From NCBI GenBank assembly GCA_964304625.1, contig OZ199840.1:6489440-6553439 (forward strand): a stretch of DNA of 64,000 bases, read 5' to 3'. The translations under genes were made by a program, and so were the position numbers. The notes beneath the pieces were generated by a model that searched no databases, was not told the origin of the DNA, and was given only the letters and a program-made list of their open reading frames with translations. This DNA is from Kudoa neothunni (lineage: Eukaryota > Animalia > Cnidaria). Of the stretch, positions 1-12,649 are shown one piece after another (the stretch's first letter is position 1; each line of letters begins with the position of its first letter).

Positions 1-1284
1 TGGTGACATTAAAATAAATTTAATAATTTAATTAAATAATAGAGTTTTACAAAACGGCAATATATTAAACCATAAGACAACTAAAAGTATTTTTCTAACA
101 AATATGATTTATAATGGAACATTGGAATATTACATTTCATTGTCAAATAAAATATTATAAACTTTTTGAAATGATAATCACATTATTTCTAATACTTATA
201 ATATATTTTAAATTCAACAAGTTATAATATAAATTCTTATTCTGTTTGGTACAATATTTATCAACTTAAAACGAGGTTCGCACTTCCAATTTATATACAT
301 TTATATTGAAGTAAATTTCACATCTAATAATAATGTTAAAAATTAATGATGAAATAAGAAAAATGATTAAAATTAAGCGAATGATTTATTTCTATCATAA
401 GGTCCTTATTACAATTACATTTGGTTAATATGCTTAAAATATTGTCAATAATCATTAATTTTACAGTTACTTAATTGGAATTAATTCTTAGATTAGATTA
501 TTAGAAAAAAATCGATTCATATAACCTATTTTCTCCAATTTATTTATATTTTAAAAAGTAAGTGTCCATGATTATTTGATGTATTTAAATAAAAAGGGAC
601 AAAGAAAATTTTGTAGTAACTTATTTAGATGAGGGTCATTTGTAAAATGATCAGGAAAAAATTAATAAAAATAATGTAGAACTATTTTTTTCATTAGATT
701 TAACAAGATGTAAAAAATTCAGATTAATTTTAAACATTCCAATATTTAAGGTCACAGTGGATTCTTGCCTTTTCCCAAGTTTGAAAGACCTGATTTATCA
801 CTTTACGAGAAAAAACTATTAACTATATTTAAACTGCACATAATTGAATAAATATTATTTTGATTGAGAAACAATAAAAATCGGTTGCTATGTCTTGGAC
901 AGTGAATTCGTTCGTTAATTAAATCATATAAAATTTTGATCCTATTTATCATTAGCCAATTTAGTTTTTTTTAATTTTTCAACAACTTTGATAAGTTAAT
1001 ATATGGATACATTCGATAACCCTGATATCAACAATAGCTATGCACCTCGCATTGGAATCTAATACTTACATAAATTAATTATTTGTTAATAAATAAAATA
1101 GATTTATTAATTATGTATTTTTTTATCATTAACTATTATGTTTTTACAAAATTTAACACTCAATAGATTTAAATAAATAAATCTTAAAAGCATTCAATAT
1201 GAAAACTTTTATCATTAAGGAAGAAATAAAAACTAATGGATAATTTGTAATATTTATATATCGCTAAATGTTACTCCTTTCTTC

Positions 1285-1310
1285 ATAATAATAATAATAA
1301 TAATAATAAT
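1285..1310. repeat. (AAT)n microsatellite
   Basis: Run ataataataataataataataataat read directly from the sequence. Confidence 0.85.
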
Positions 1311-1884
1311 CATTGTGAAATATCTACGTCTCAATCAGCTAGTCGATTCCAAGTTCGATTTAATCGAATTGAGTTCCAATTTCAGAAACCGGAGTAGGCA
1401 GAACTGAATGCGCGGTACAAATTAATATGAAAATAAATCATTGTTATTTTAATTCGTAGGCACAATTATTATTGTAGTTTAAAATACAAAAAAATGATTT
1501 TATAACCCATACAAATATTATTTTGGATTACATTGAATCTATATTTTCAACAAAATCCTAATTATACAAAATTTTTAAAAAACTATAAAAAAACTTAATG
1601 TTGAAGATCTATTGAAGAACAAAAATTTATAATAATATATAATAAAATTCGTGATAAATTCAGAGTCAGAGGAATAAATATTTCCATAATAAAATTTGGA
1701 ACTAGAAGGTACACATGACGCTCAATCGCGATAAAATATGCACAAAATCAATTTCACATCAAAATTCGGGGTTTAATTGTTAAATCGGACAATTAAAAAA
1801 TACATCTTATTAATTTATCAGATCTTTAACTAGTATATTTTTTTAACCTACGATATATCTGTACAAATTTAAGAACTTATAATT

Positions 1885-2596
1885 TTAGGCGCCTAAAACT
1901 TTTGTCAATTTTATATTTGTTATAATTATTCTCATAATGTGGATAAATAATAAAAATTTATAATTTTCCAATATAAATTCATAAATATAATAAATCAAAA
2001 TTTAACCTTACTTTTTAATAAATCTTCAGTCTTTACAAAATTTGCTGGTTTATTGGTTGTTGTAGATCTATCTTGTAGAAAAAATGACGAGTCAACTAGA
2101 TTATTCGGTCAAAAACATATATCCAGAAATACACATACAGTATTTTTTCAAAGTTTCTCCATTACTGTCATATTCTACAGTCTCGTTACAGAACGGGGGA
2201 TCCACAGCAGTTGCGTCTGGCGCGTTGGTCACAAACTTCACACAATATGAGGCATCTTCCAACGAGAACAGAGTGCTATTATAGTCCATATAGGATAGAT
2301 GTCGTTCAGCAAATTGTATGCGATCCTGTTTGGATTCGCCCAGGTAGCTTCGTCTGGCATTTGCTGTCTGGCTGGGTTTTTTCGACAATCTACATATGAT
2401 GTAAATTTTTAGTTCAATCAACGCTTCGATTATATCCCAAAGATTCATCAAATTAGTAATATGTTTAAGGGTTATGCAAAGACGTGTGCAATGCTTAAAA
2501 GAATTAAAGTTTACGATTGACAAAGATGATCACGAATCTACTTATGCTCTCAGGGGATATCACGCTATGACAACTCACATTGTACATAGAAATCAT
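1885..2596 (-). CDS. Candidate spliced orphan gene, product unknown; 3' end uncertain
   Basis: Three phase-compatible GT-AG introns on the minus strand: 2578-2538 (GTGAGT donor), 2514-2390, and 2138-2096 (GTATGT donor). A GTAAGG donor follows at 2011. Spliced product: MISMYN-IRDHLCQS-LSKKPSQTANARRSYLGESKQDRIQFAERHL...YCVKFVTN...PPFCNETVEYDSNGETLKKY-FDSSFFLQDRS...EDLLK. No homolog recognised. Confidence 0.4.
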
Positions 2597-4099
2597 AAAA
2601 ACAAATAAACAGTTATGGAATACAATCGAAAAAATTATAGAATTAAAATTTCATTAGCTTGGCTGTCAACTGTGTTTTTTGTATTAAGATAAATGTACAG
2701 TGGTTATCATCGTGCGGCGGACGAAAATGAACCATATACTTGATATAATATCTTATTTTATTGTTAAATATTTAAATTCGTTTTAATTTAGAAATAGTTA
2801 ATTGTTAGCATAGTTTCAAAAATGCCACCAAACACCAGATTAGCTTATATATATTTTGCGGTAATAAAAAGGGATGATTTAAATTCGTGTCTGATCCGCC
2901 ATGCAATCGTGACTTTGCCACTTAATACCTCCAAAATAAAATTATTTTAAATTAAAATTCGATTCGAAATCAATAATACATATGGTAACGATAAAGGATG
3001 AATATTAATGATCATTCATTGAAAAAAATATAAATTTTAATAAATATTATGAATGTGTGGAACGTATTATGTGATTAATTATCCTTCTGTGTGCATATTA
3101 ATTTTGTACGTCAGAAAATATTATCCTATTGTTTAAAACTAAGTATCAACGCCAAAAAATGAATATAAATTTCTAGTTATTTACTTACTTCAACAATATC
3201 ATAAAAGATATAAATACTAAGAAGTTCAATTAATTAAAGAGGATTAATATATTAACGTAATAGGATTATTTTATAAGCAATATTTAGCCAGCAGTAAAAT
3301 CAAACATTAGCGCCTATCCAATAAAACTATTAATTCAATCAACTAAATATTGCCTAAATATGTTAATTTAGTTTGAAAGATACAATTCTACTAAAGTAAG
3401 ATCCATTGCTAATATTATTTTAATAAAATTTAGTTTAATTCAGAATTATATTCCCTTTATTGGTTGAGATGCATATTTCTATTTAATATTGAACGATATA
3501 CAGAATGTGGACCTCGCAATATTTAATAAAAGTTCAAATATCTTAACTAATCTCAATTCAATCATTTTATTATCTATTTTTCTTCATTAGAAGATATTAT
3601 TATCAACTGTTATCAATTATTTGATTGCTTAACTCAGGATCATTAATTTTTAAAGGACTTTATTCCTCTCGACACTACTAGAAAATCCAAACTTCAACAA
3701 ATAAAAATATTTAAACAACCAATAAAGCATACCTAGCCAAACCTCTCTATTATCATTATAATTACAATAAAAGAAAAGAAAAGAAGAGGGAAGACAACTT
3801 TTGTTTATGATAAAATAGTTGGAGGATTTCGAATTTGATTGTATCGAAATTCAAACTACCTTCTAACAAATAACGGAATATCAATAATTGTTTATTTAAC
3901 TAGAAATATGACCAGTAAAACATGATCTAAAGAAAACAGCTTTAGATTGTGATGACCGTCATTGATTATCAAAAATAAACCAACGCTAAGATCACAACTC
4001 ATTAAAATCTTTCTGATAAATAAATGGAAGTTGCAGTAGGCTTACATTACAGATTATATTAGAAAAATAATGTCGCTGTAACGATTTCAAGAGTAAAAA

Positions 4100-5345
4100 T
4101 CTACTTTGATCGATTGCTCCTCATTGAATACGACGGTAATCAGCAAGATTCTAAGGTGATAATATATTCGAAATTTTCGATATTTATTGATTTATCGGTC
4201 TAATATTGATGGTACAGCTTCAGTGAATGTTTTCAATCTGATACACTTGTATGACCTTTGGGTGGTACATTCGCTGAACGATCGTAATAGTATAACAGAA
4301 AACAACCACCGATCTAATAACGATCACCATTAATTACTGAAGGTCGGTTCTCTATGAATTAATCGGCTATAGAATTTATTGTTTACGTTTAATACACATG
4401 ACAGTGCTAAAAACTATTCACTTCGTGAAACACATCAATAATATTTAAGTATTATCCGATTGTTTTTCTATCGGTAATGCGGCAGTTGATTATTTTCAAG
4501 GGGTGATATAATTTTGTGATGAGCAGTTTATTAGTGCAATCACATAATATTAAATTAAATAAATCAAATATTATTTCCGATGTGGGAAAACAGACCAAGT
4601 CTCCCTGCGAGATAAGCTATTTTAATAGGAAATGGTTATTGCAACCGTAAATAATATTCAGGGGCCACTAGTTTTGACTATAATTAGTTTTGGACGCTAT
4701 GAGTGAAGCGACAGGATAGAAATAATTAAATATAGCGGATTCTAAAGAGTTGAATCTGTATATAGTTTTTGAGCAAGAGTTACTGGTAATAAAATCGACA
4801 TTGCGCACACACAAGTAGCATTTAGGATTAAAATTTATCGTGCCAATAACCTCTGCCATTTTAATATTTTTGAGATTTGCACGAAGTAGATTGATCATAT
4901 ATATCTACTTATACAAAAGCGCGGGGAATCACGCATATTTCAAGTGAAGAATGCATCCACTCTGGCGTAGCAGAAAATCGGTCTAAATTATTCCAGATAT
5001 CCTCTTAGTTTATTTTTAAACCACATGTTATATTCAAATAAACTTTATTTCAACTTATTCCTGAATTTAACTGATTTCTGCGGCATTTAATAAAGAAAGT
5101 TGGGCTTTTGGATTTCCTGTGGCTCCCCCAAAATAGCCTTATTGCGAGCATTTTTTTCGAAAACCACACCAAAAATTATTTCTCACAAAAAGAATATGGA
5201 GTGATATGCTTTCAGTACCACAAATTTATTAACAGTTTTTCCAGTTAATCTATTCTCGGTTGTTGTCGTTGGATTTTTAATGTTGCTGATCAACATACGT
5301 TTGTTCATCTCACCATGAACCCACATGATTTCTTGTAATTTTCGT
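4100..5345 (-). pseudogene. Heavily decayed pogo/Tigger-type transposase remnant
   Basis: Interrupted peptides in the expected order: ARNKAILGEPQEIQKPNF (CENP-B/Tc5 HTH-like), IIVKTSG...FTVAITIS, and VPPKGHTSV (resembles the pogo IPPxxTSxLQPLD motif). Many stops and frameshifts. Confidence 0.45.
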
Positions 5346-5730
5346 CTAAAAATAAACTAATAATAATAATTTTACAATTAATATTATCCACAAGAAATTA
5401 AAATTTATTCAAAAATACAACCGTTTACATTCTCAACCGAATTAATGTAATTCTCTTTCTATTAATTACGATTAACTTTACACTTAAATTTTATTTGGTT
5501 TACAATTACATTTTCTAGTCTCATTTTTTATATTAGTATCCGCGACACTTATGTTCGGTTAATTAACATTTTACTTTAAGAATGTATAAACTCTCTATGT
5601 ATACATGAAAAATAAGCTAAATAAAATGGTCAAATTTACAAATAAATGACCAATAATAGTATTAAATCGTAAAAATGTCGTTAAATAATTTTTATATATT
5701 CTTTTCTTTATTCTTCTTTCCAAGTGAAAG

Positions 5731-8700
5731 GGTTAATTTACACGTACTATTTATATTATTTGTAAGTAATAAAAAGTATCAACGAAAAATAGTACTACAG
5801 GGGTGACGTGTAATACGCAATCCCTTCGGGACCGAAGAAAAAGTGCGAATTATCCAACAATGATGGGTAATATGTACTTTTTGTGACGCATGCGTATATT
5901 CAAAATTCAAATATTTTTTGATTAATGTGATAATAATTTACTTTAGGGAACATCGGTTAGTTTTATTGTTTCTTACGCTCCATGTGCGTGTTAAATAATT
6001 CTTCATCTAACTTCTAAGGGGACTTTTAGAAATAAATAGAACCACTTTTGTTTTAAATCCCTTTATACATTTGAGACATTAAATGGTTTTTGTGATTTAG
6101 ATATTTCTTCATAAACTGTTTCTAAATAGGATGTACTAGTGTCTCTTGGATAACTTGAAGATTTAGTTATTTTTCTCAACGTCTTTGTCTCGATATGTAA
6201 TATTTTTTAAGTGATACTTCAGTAATGTTTTAAGCGGTTGAAAATCGTCCTGTTCAACCAAAAAGATTTCATTCTCTACTTTTAATATTTCCTGTATAGA
6301 AAATTGCAACAAAATTGAATCATGCTTTGTCTTAGCTAAATTTCAACTTCGTTTCGAATTTATAAATTTTCAGAGTCATTTTTAGGCGTACATTCACCAA
6401 CGATTTTCGGATCACTATAAAAATTTTACCTACGCAGATTAAACTGTTCTTTAAAACTTTAAAACAAACCGTAGCTAATATCATAGAAATTTTACATAAT
6501 TTTCTTCACAATTTCATTACGTTTAAAAATAATTTCCTATGAGGAATAACTCTGAAATACTTGACCTTACTCAAGTAATCCGTTCGCAGATTTTTCGTCG
6601 GATTCATCGTTTGTTCGGTTGTTTAGTATTTACAATTCCATTTTCATATAATTCCATAATTTGTAATTTCATGGATAGGTTACTATTTAAAATTAATATG
6701 AATATAACAACATAATTTTTAACGGTGTGGCTTTAAGTTTTTTATATCAACTTCAAATATTTTATTGCTTTGTATTTTTTATTTATTATAAGCATATTAT
6801 GAAGATTCACATCAACCATTCATACAAATCTAATAGTACCTGCGCGCGATTGTAAAGTCGATTTCAGGGAAAATGGTGCGTATTACCCAACAATGCGTTT
6901 AAATTGCAATCTTTTATTTAATTTTTGTCTAAAATTTATTTTTCAAATGTAAAAACTCAACTAAATTAAGTTTATAGACGCAAACTTAAATAATGTGTTC
7001 AACAAGTAGTAAATTCTATATGAAAAAGCTAAAGTGCGCATTACCCGTCTCCCATTGTGTTTCGACATTTTTTATAATTACGTTAAATAACAGTAATTCT
7101 TGCGTTGTCTTTAAGTTTACTAAAGTATACTTAATATACTTAGATTTATTCTTATTTTATACGCGATATTTATAAAATTATTTAACATTAGTTATTTGGT
7201 TAATTAAAAACATTAATTGTTCGTTACAAATAAATTTTTTCTTTATTCCATTGAGATTAACGTACATTGTAAAAATAAGAAAAAGTCTCAGGATACAAAA
7301 TATCAATAAAACAGAAGATGGTGACTTATGGCGCGAAATAATTTATTTTAAATTACTCAATAACTCAAAGAATTCATTGAGGAGACCGATTCTTTTGTTT
7401 CTTCTTGATCTAAACCATGCTTCATGAAGATAGGACTCGACGCGATCGAATTTTACCCCTTCCTTATTTTTAGTAGTCGGGTTTTCATTACATTCTAACA
7501 ACATTCGATAATGTTTGAATGCCCTACCCCATCAACAAAACATATTGTACGGTTGACTGTTTGATGGTCCAAACCATATTGCGATAGCCGATTGTATGCT
7601 GGCCACTCGTCACTGTATATTGTAGTCCGGGGTATTATTATTTCATTCACAGTAAATGGGATCAATGTGTGTCGATCTCGTTTTTCTACATAGAAATAGC
7701 GAAATTCAAGTAGCTTCCTCGAATTATCGTCATTTGGGTCACATAAACAAAGATCAAAGATCCAGGACCATCCACTCAATTTGCATATTGATCAATTTGA
7801 ACAATGATTGGTTCTTTATCTTAAAGAGATTTAAAATATTACTACTCTATTCTGTATCATTACCAAAAACACAGTCAATATCAGATAAGTCATCATTGGA
7901 TAGATCGTAGAGTCCCACTTAAATCCTCTTAAACTAAATTTCTTTAAGATTTAATATAAGAAACAATCACCTTGATTATTTTCTGAAGTTAATGTGGTCA
8001 CAGGGTAGAGTTTTTTATCTTATTAGTTTTTCTTTTCCCGCAAAAGATTTTCGTAGATTTCAACGTCGAATCCTAGACCCCCAAACTTTTTCTACAAATG
8101 AAAAGATCTGAAATTATATTTGTAGTCTTTGCAGTCCAATGTGAAAATGTTTTGTTTATTGTTTTAATCATTTTTGCATAGGATATTAATGTATGACCCA
8201 GCAGTAAACAATATTCATAATTTTTTTAAATATTAATTATTAAAAGTCTTCTGTAGTGGACTTATGGATGGGGATAACGTATTCTTTAATGGTGAAACTT
8301 TGTTTTCACACGTTTTACTATAAAAGGATAATAAAATTGAAAATTTTTAAATATACTTCCTGCAAAAATATGTCTAAAGGCATGTGTTTGCATTCCGGTC
8401 GTATTGAGTTTTCTGGGATAAGGGGTACTTTAAATTTGTAGCCCTTTTCTATTTGTATTACGTATTATACTTTCTGCAGTTTGGGCATCTTGATGGTATG
8501 CCATGAATTAAATGGTTTTGGAATAAAAATTCCATAGGTTTCTCATAACCATTGACAATAATAAAAAAATCATTGTCATCTCTTATGTTTACAAAATCCA
8601 TGACTTCAAAAACAGCGCAACCTTATAACCTTTTGTTTTGTTTCAACAAAAATATTTGCTATCGCAGCTTTATTCCGAAAAGGAGCAACTTTTTCTTTGC

Positions 8701-9019
8701 TAAAAATAAATGAGTATACTAAAAAATAAATCAACAATTATCCTAAAAGATTAGAAAATTGGTTATATCTTAGATTTTATTAGAGATGAACAAATATTTA
8801 AATCATAAAGAAGTACGATGATTTAATTATCTAGAATGTATGCTCTCGCAATAATTAAAACAACTAATTTTTGGAAATCATCAAGTACCTCTATACAGCA
8901 ATTAGAGTAATGAAAAAATTCTTATTTAACGTAATTATAAAAAATGTGGAAATAGTATTATTTTTCGTTGATACTTTTTATTACTTACAAATAATATAAA
9001 TAGTACGTGTAAATTAACC
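5731..9019 (-). mobile_element. Decayed Merlin (IS1016/ISXO2-like) DNA transposon; left TIR split by a later insertion
   Basis: Ends GGTTAATTTACACGTACTA / TAGTACGTGTAAATTAACC. The TIR continues at 7060-7090 versus 8922-8952. Minus-strand remnants include KFGGLGFDVEIYE..GKRKTNK and VEKRDRHTLIP...PRTTIYSDEWPAYNRL...HQTVN...FVDGVGHSNIIE (ORF 7495-7779), typical of ISXO2/Merlin DDE transposases. Confidence 0.75.
5798..7057. mobile_element. Non-autonomous Tc1/pogo-like element inserted at a TA inside the Merlin left TIR
   Basis: Imperfect TIRs caggggtgacgtgtaatacgca / tgcgcattacccgtctcccattg, flanked by TA (5796-5797) and TG (7058-7059). Removing it restores a continuous Merlin TIR. Confidence 0.6.
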
Positions 9020-11118
9020 CTTTCACTTGGAAAGAAGAATAAAGAAAAGAATATATAAAAATTATTTAACGACATTTTTACGATTTAATACTATTATTGG
9101 TCATTTATTTGTAAATTTGACCATTTTATTTAGCTTATTTTTCATGTATACATAGAGAGTTTATACATTCTTAAAGTAAAATGTTAATTAACCGAACATA
9201 AGTGTCGCGGATACTAATATAAAAAATGAGACTAGAAAATGTAATTGTAAACCAAATAAAATTTAAGTGTAAAGTTAATCGTAATTAATAGAAAGAGAAT
9301 TACATTAATTCGGTTGAGAATGTAAACGGTTGTATTTTTGAATAAATTTTAATTTCTTGTGGATAATATTAATTGTAAAATTATTATTATTAGTTTATTT
9401 TTAGACGAAAATTACAAGAAATCATGTGGGTTCATGGTGAGATGAACAAACGTATGTTGATCAGCAACATTAAAAATCCAACGACAACAACCGAGAATAG
9501 ATTAACTGGAAAAACTGTTAATAAATTTGTGGTACTGAAAGCATATCACTCCATATTCTTTTTGTGAGAAATAATTTTTGATGTGGTTTTCGAAAAAAAT
9601 GCTCGCAATAAGGCTATTTTGGGGGAGCCACAGGGTATATAATAGCCAAGTGGGTAACGGATCGTGAAACTTAATCTCTTGTGTGCAGCTTGAATTTCTA
9701 ATAGTTATTTTTGTATTTAACAGCTTAACAATTGGCGGAAAAATTAAGTAGAGTACGGTAGGCAACCGATAATACGCACTTTGATCGAAACGACATAGTC
9801 AAAGTTTATATTGGATGAAACGATCTATAATATTTTTTTGATTGTAATAAGATAAAAGTCTTCAAAATATTTTTTCATTAAACTAGTAAATTTCCAGTCT
9901 TTTGTGTCACGTGACTAACCGATAACACGGATTTTTTGGGACAAACCACGTAGATTAAATTATTTTTATTAGAAATGAGGGGAAAATTTTAATTCTGGCG
10001 GTTGAATTTCTGAACGGGCAGGAAACATTTTTTGAGATGTCTATCAAAAAATGATCATTCCCATGAAAATGGAAACAGAATAAATTTTATTTCAAGACAA
10101 TGTTAGTTGCAAATTAAAGAATGTTATAGATGTACATAAATAAAAATTTTCTGGAAAAAATATAAAATAAATTCATATTGCGCTAAAAAATGAATAAGAA
10201 ATAGAATAGTATTTATAATTTTTTAGAACTGACCATTCACCAAATTTTACCCCAATATAAACGGATATAAATATTATATTAATAAATATGATTAAAAAGA
10301 ATTTGCGAATTATTTTTCGCCTAAATAATCTTAGTAATGTTATTTTGTTATTCTAATTAAATAAAGGGTGTAACTATCGATTAAATCGATGTACACAAAA
10401 ATTAGATTATTATAAAAATAGCACAAATTACACTAGATTATCCTATTTGTGTGACGGTTAAAAACTGTGAGTTTTATCAGCGCTAAGTAAATTCGACAGT
10501 AATACCCATTCTGAAAAAATAAAGAAAACACAACAAAAAATGAAACGCGCACGCATTTTAATGCGTATTGTCAGTTGCCTACTGTATTGGCGGAATAGAA
10601 AATACATACATAACTTACAAGCGAAAAGTAGCGGGTTCCAAATTATATATTGCGCACGCGCAATATATAATTTAGGATTAAGTCAGTGGGGGACCATAGA
10701 GACACAGATTGTACGAAATTTACGTTAAGAGAGAATAAACTAAAGGAGCTACAAAAATTAATAGACCAAATATTCTTGACTAACTAAAAATTTCGAAGTG
10801 TTAATATGGACTGAGGCATTCCAACTGGACAATTTAATCCATTATCGCATGTTAAAGTCTATTCGATGATCACATTACCATCTTCGGATCAGTTCTACGA
10901 TTTAAATTTTCTTGCCTGGATTTCTTTACTGAAATTGCTCAAATCATAAAATATCAAAAAATACATAAAACTGACGCCACTTGAATATACACTTGTAACT
11001 GGTGTGAACAGCGTCGCCCAAGGATAAACCATTACATTGCGCAGACGCAATCACACACGTTTGCTTAAATTTTTGACTGGTCCGGTGTCGCGTCCCAGCG
11101 ATTTATCTGCCTCAAATT

Positions 11119-12081
11119 ATGAAACAAAAACTCCTGGAAATATTGAAGAATAGATTTCCAACTGGAGTTGATAGTTCATTTGCATATGGTTCGGCCGTGT
11201 TTGGCCAAAAAGGGGATTCATTATTTAAACGCAATATGATCGATATGGTACTTGTGGTTGATAATCCTCAGCAGTGGCACGCTGAAAACATAGAAAAAAA
11301 TCCACAAGACTATTCACTTATTCGGTATCTGGGCAGTAAAATGGTTTCCTATATTGGAAACGGAACCAGCGTCGGCATTATGTACAACCCAATGGTCAGA
11401 TATAAAGATTTGTCGTTGAAATATGGTGTCATTTCAAAAGGAAAACTCTTGGACGATTTAACCAATTGGAATCATTTTTTCTTGGCTGGACGTCTTCAAA
11501 AGCCAGTGTTGTGGCTGAAAAACTCCACAGTGGTCGATCAAGCCTTACAGCTCAATCTGCAGTATGCATTATGTGTCGCATTGCTTCTGCAACCACAACA
11601 ATTCAAAGAAAAACAACTATATCGTGATCTTTGTTCGTTGTCCTACGATGGTGATGTACGAACATTTTTTGGCATTGATGGCAACAAACCTAGTCGAATT
11701 GTTGATACCAATATGAATCATTTCAGACATTTGTATTTGCCGGTTCTGAATAGATTTTCACACGTGAAATTGGACTTGAAAAGTGGCCAACTTTTCAAAG
11801 ACAGCAAATTCAATAAAGGAATTTTTGAAAAACTACCAAAACCTCTAATTGGATCGTTGCAACAAAATTTCCATGCCAAAGACATGAAGGAATTGTACAA
11901 GATTGAGGCCAACCGATTGAATGAAGCTGTACGCACCACTTTGAGAAGTATCGTCTTCAAAACCACGACAGTAGAGGCGCTTAAGGCCTTTCTCACTACT
12001 AGCTTAATCAAGTCCTTTGTGTACTCCAAAGAAAAATTCAGAAAGTCAGTCCTGTTTAGAAATAGCCATTTGAATGCATGA
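11119..12081 (+). CDS. TAMM41: Mitochondrial phosphatidate cytidylyltransferase (Tam41/Mmp37 family), intronless, 320 aa
   Basis: Family motifs FAYGSAVFGQ, MIDMVLVVDNPQQWHAENIEKNPQDYS, KYGVIS, DDLTNWNHFFLAGRLQKPV and LSYDGDVR in one uninterrupted ORF. Confidence 0.95.
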   Translation: MKQKLLEILKNRFPTGVDSSFAYGSAVFGQKGDSLFKRNMIDMVLVVDNPQQWHAENIEKNPQDYSLIRYLGSKMVSYIGNGTSVGIMYNPMVRYKDLSLKYGVISKGKLLDDLTNWNHFFLAGRLQKPVLWLKNSTVVDQALQLNLQYALCVALLLQPQQFKEKQLYRDLCSLSYDGDVRTFFGIDGNKPSRIVDTNMNHFRHLYLPVLNRFSHVKLDLKSGQLFKDSKFNKGIFEKLPKPLIGSLQQNFHAKDMKELYKIEANRLNEAVRTTLRSIVFKTTTVEALKAFLTTSLIKSFVYSKEKFRKSVLFRNSHLNA

Positions 12082-12649
12082 CAATTTGATTGCTTTATGT
12101 GTTTGTCCATTTTGTATCATTGATTTTTTGTGAGTTTGTCTGCAAGCTTTACTCAAATTTTTATCTTTTTATTCATTTTATTGCAAATTGAAACTAACAT
12201 GTACCATAAAAATAATCGTTTTTAGTTAATATGTTGCAGTTTTACCCTAGCTTCCTTTTAAACAGGATTTAACGGCTTTTCGCCTGGTGTTTATTTAATT
12301 AGACTCATGTGAAACAGACCATTTAGTTAAATAATTCTTCAATTATTTTCAAAAAAATTAATGTGTTAATTTATTTCTTCAAACCTGTAAACATACTAAA
12401 TTTTTTGGGGTTATAATAAAAATATCGAGCAGAATACTTAATTTTCAAATGCATTAACCGATAACCTTTTGGCACTCTCGATTCCGGTTAATTGGGTTTC
12501 AAGATCCCACCGGATTTATTCTAATCAAGCTTCGGATTGCAAATAGGCCTTGCAATTTTCGGCGCTTATATTTTTTACGGTTGACTATTTAAATCGACAA
12601 ACATTCCTGACAATCGAAAATTCAACATTCTTCCACAAAAATATGATTA

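Larger units (their letters stand above)
5116..9634. repeat. 682-bp near-perfect inverted repeat (arms 5116-5797 and 8953-9634)
   Basis: The arms are reverse complements throughout (cctgtggctcccccaaaatagcc... / ...ggctattttgggggagccacagg), with 2 mismatches seen by eye. Confidence 0.95.

Noticed and set aside
10800-11100. Small spliced gene head-to-head with TAM41
   Set aside because: Splice-like signals exist, but no ATG is in frame with the open spliced reading.
11718-12110. Antisense ORFs over TAM41, and similarly 26881-27321 and those over the retroelement
   Set aside because: These are shadow frames of real coding sequence with no independent motifs.
12484-12515. tRNA T-arm-like sequence gggtttcaagatccc
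   Set aside because: No cloverleaf, A-box or anticodon arm could be built around it.
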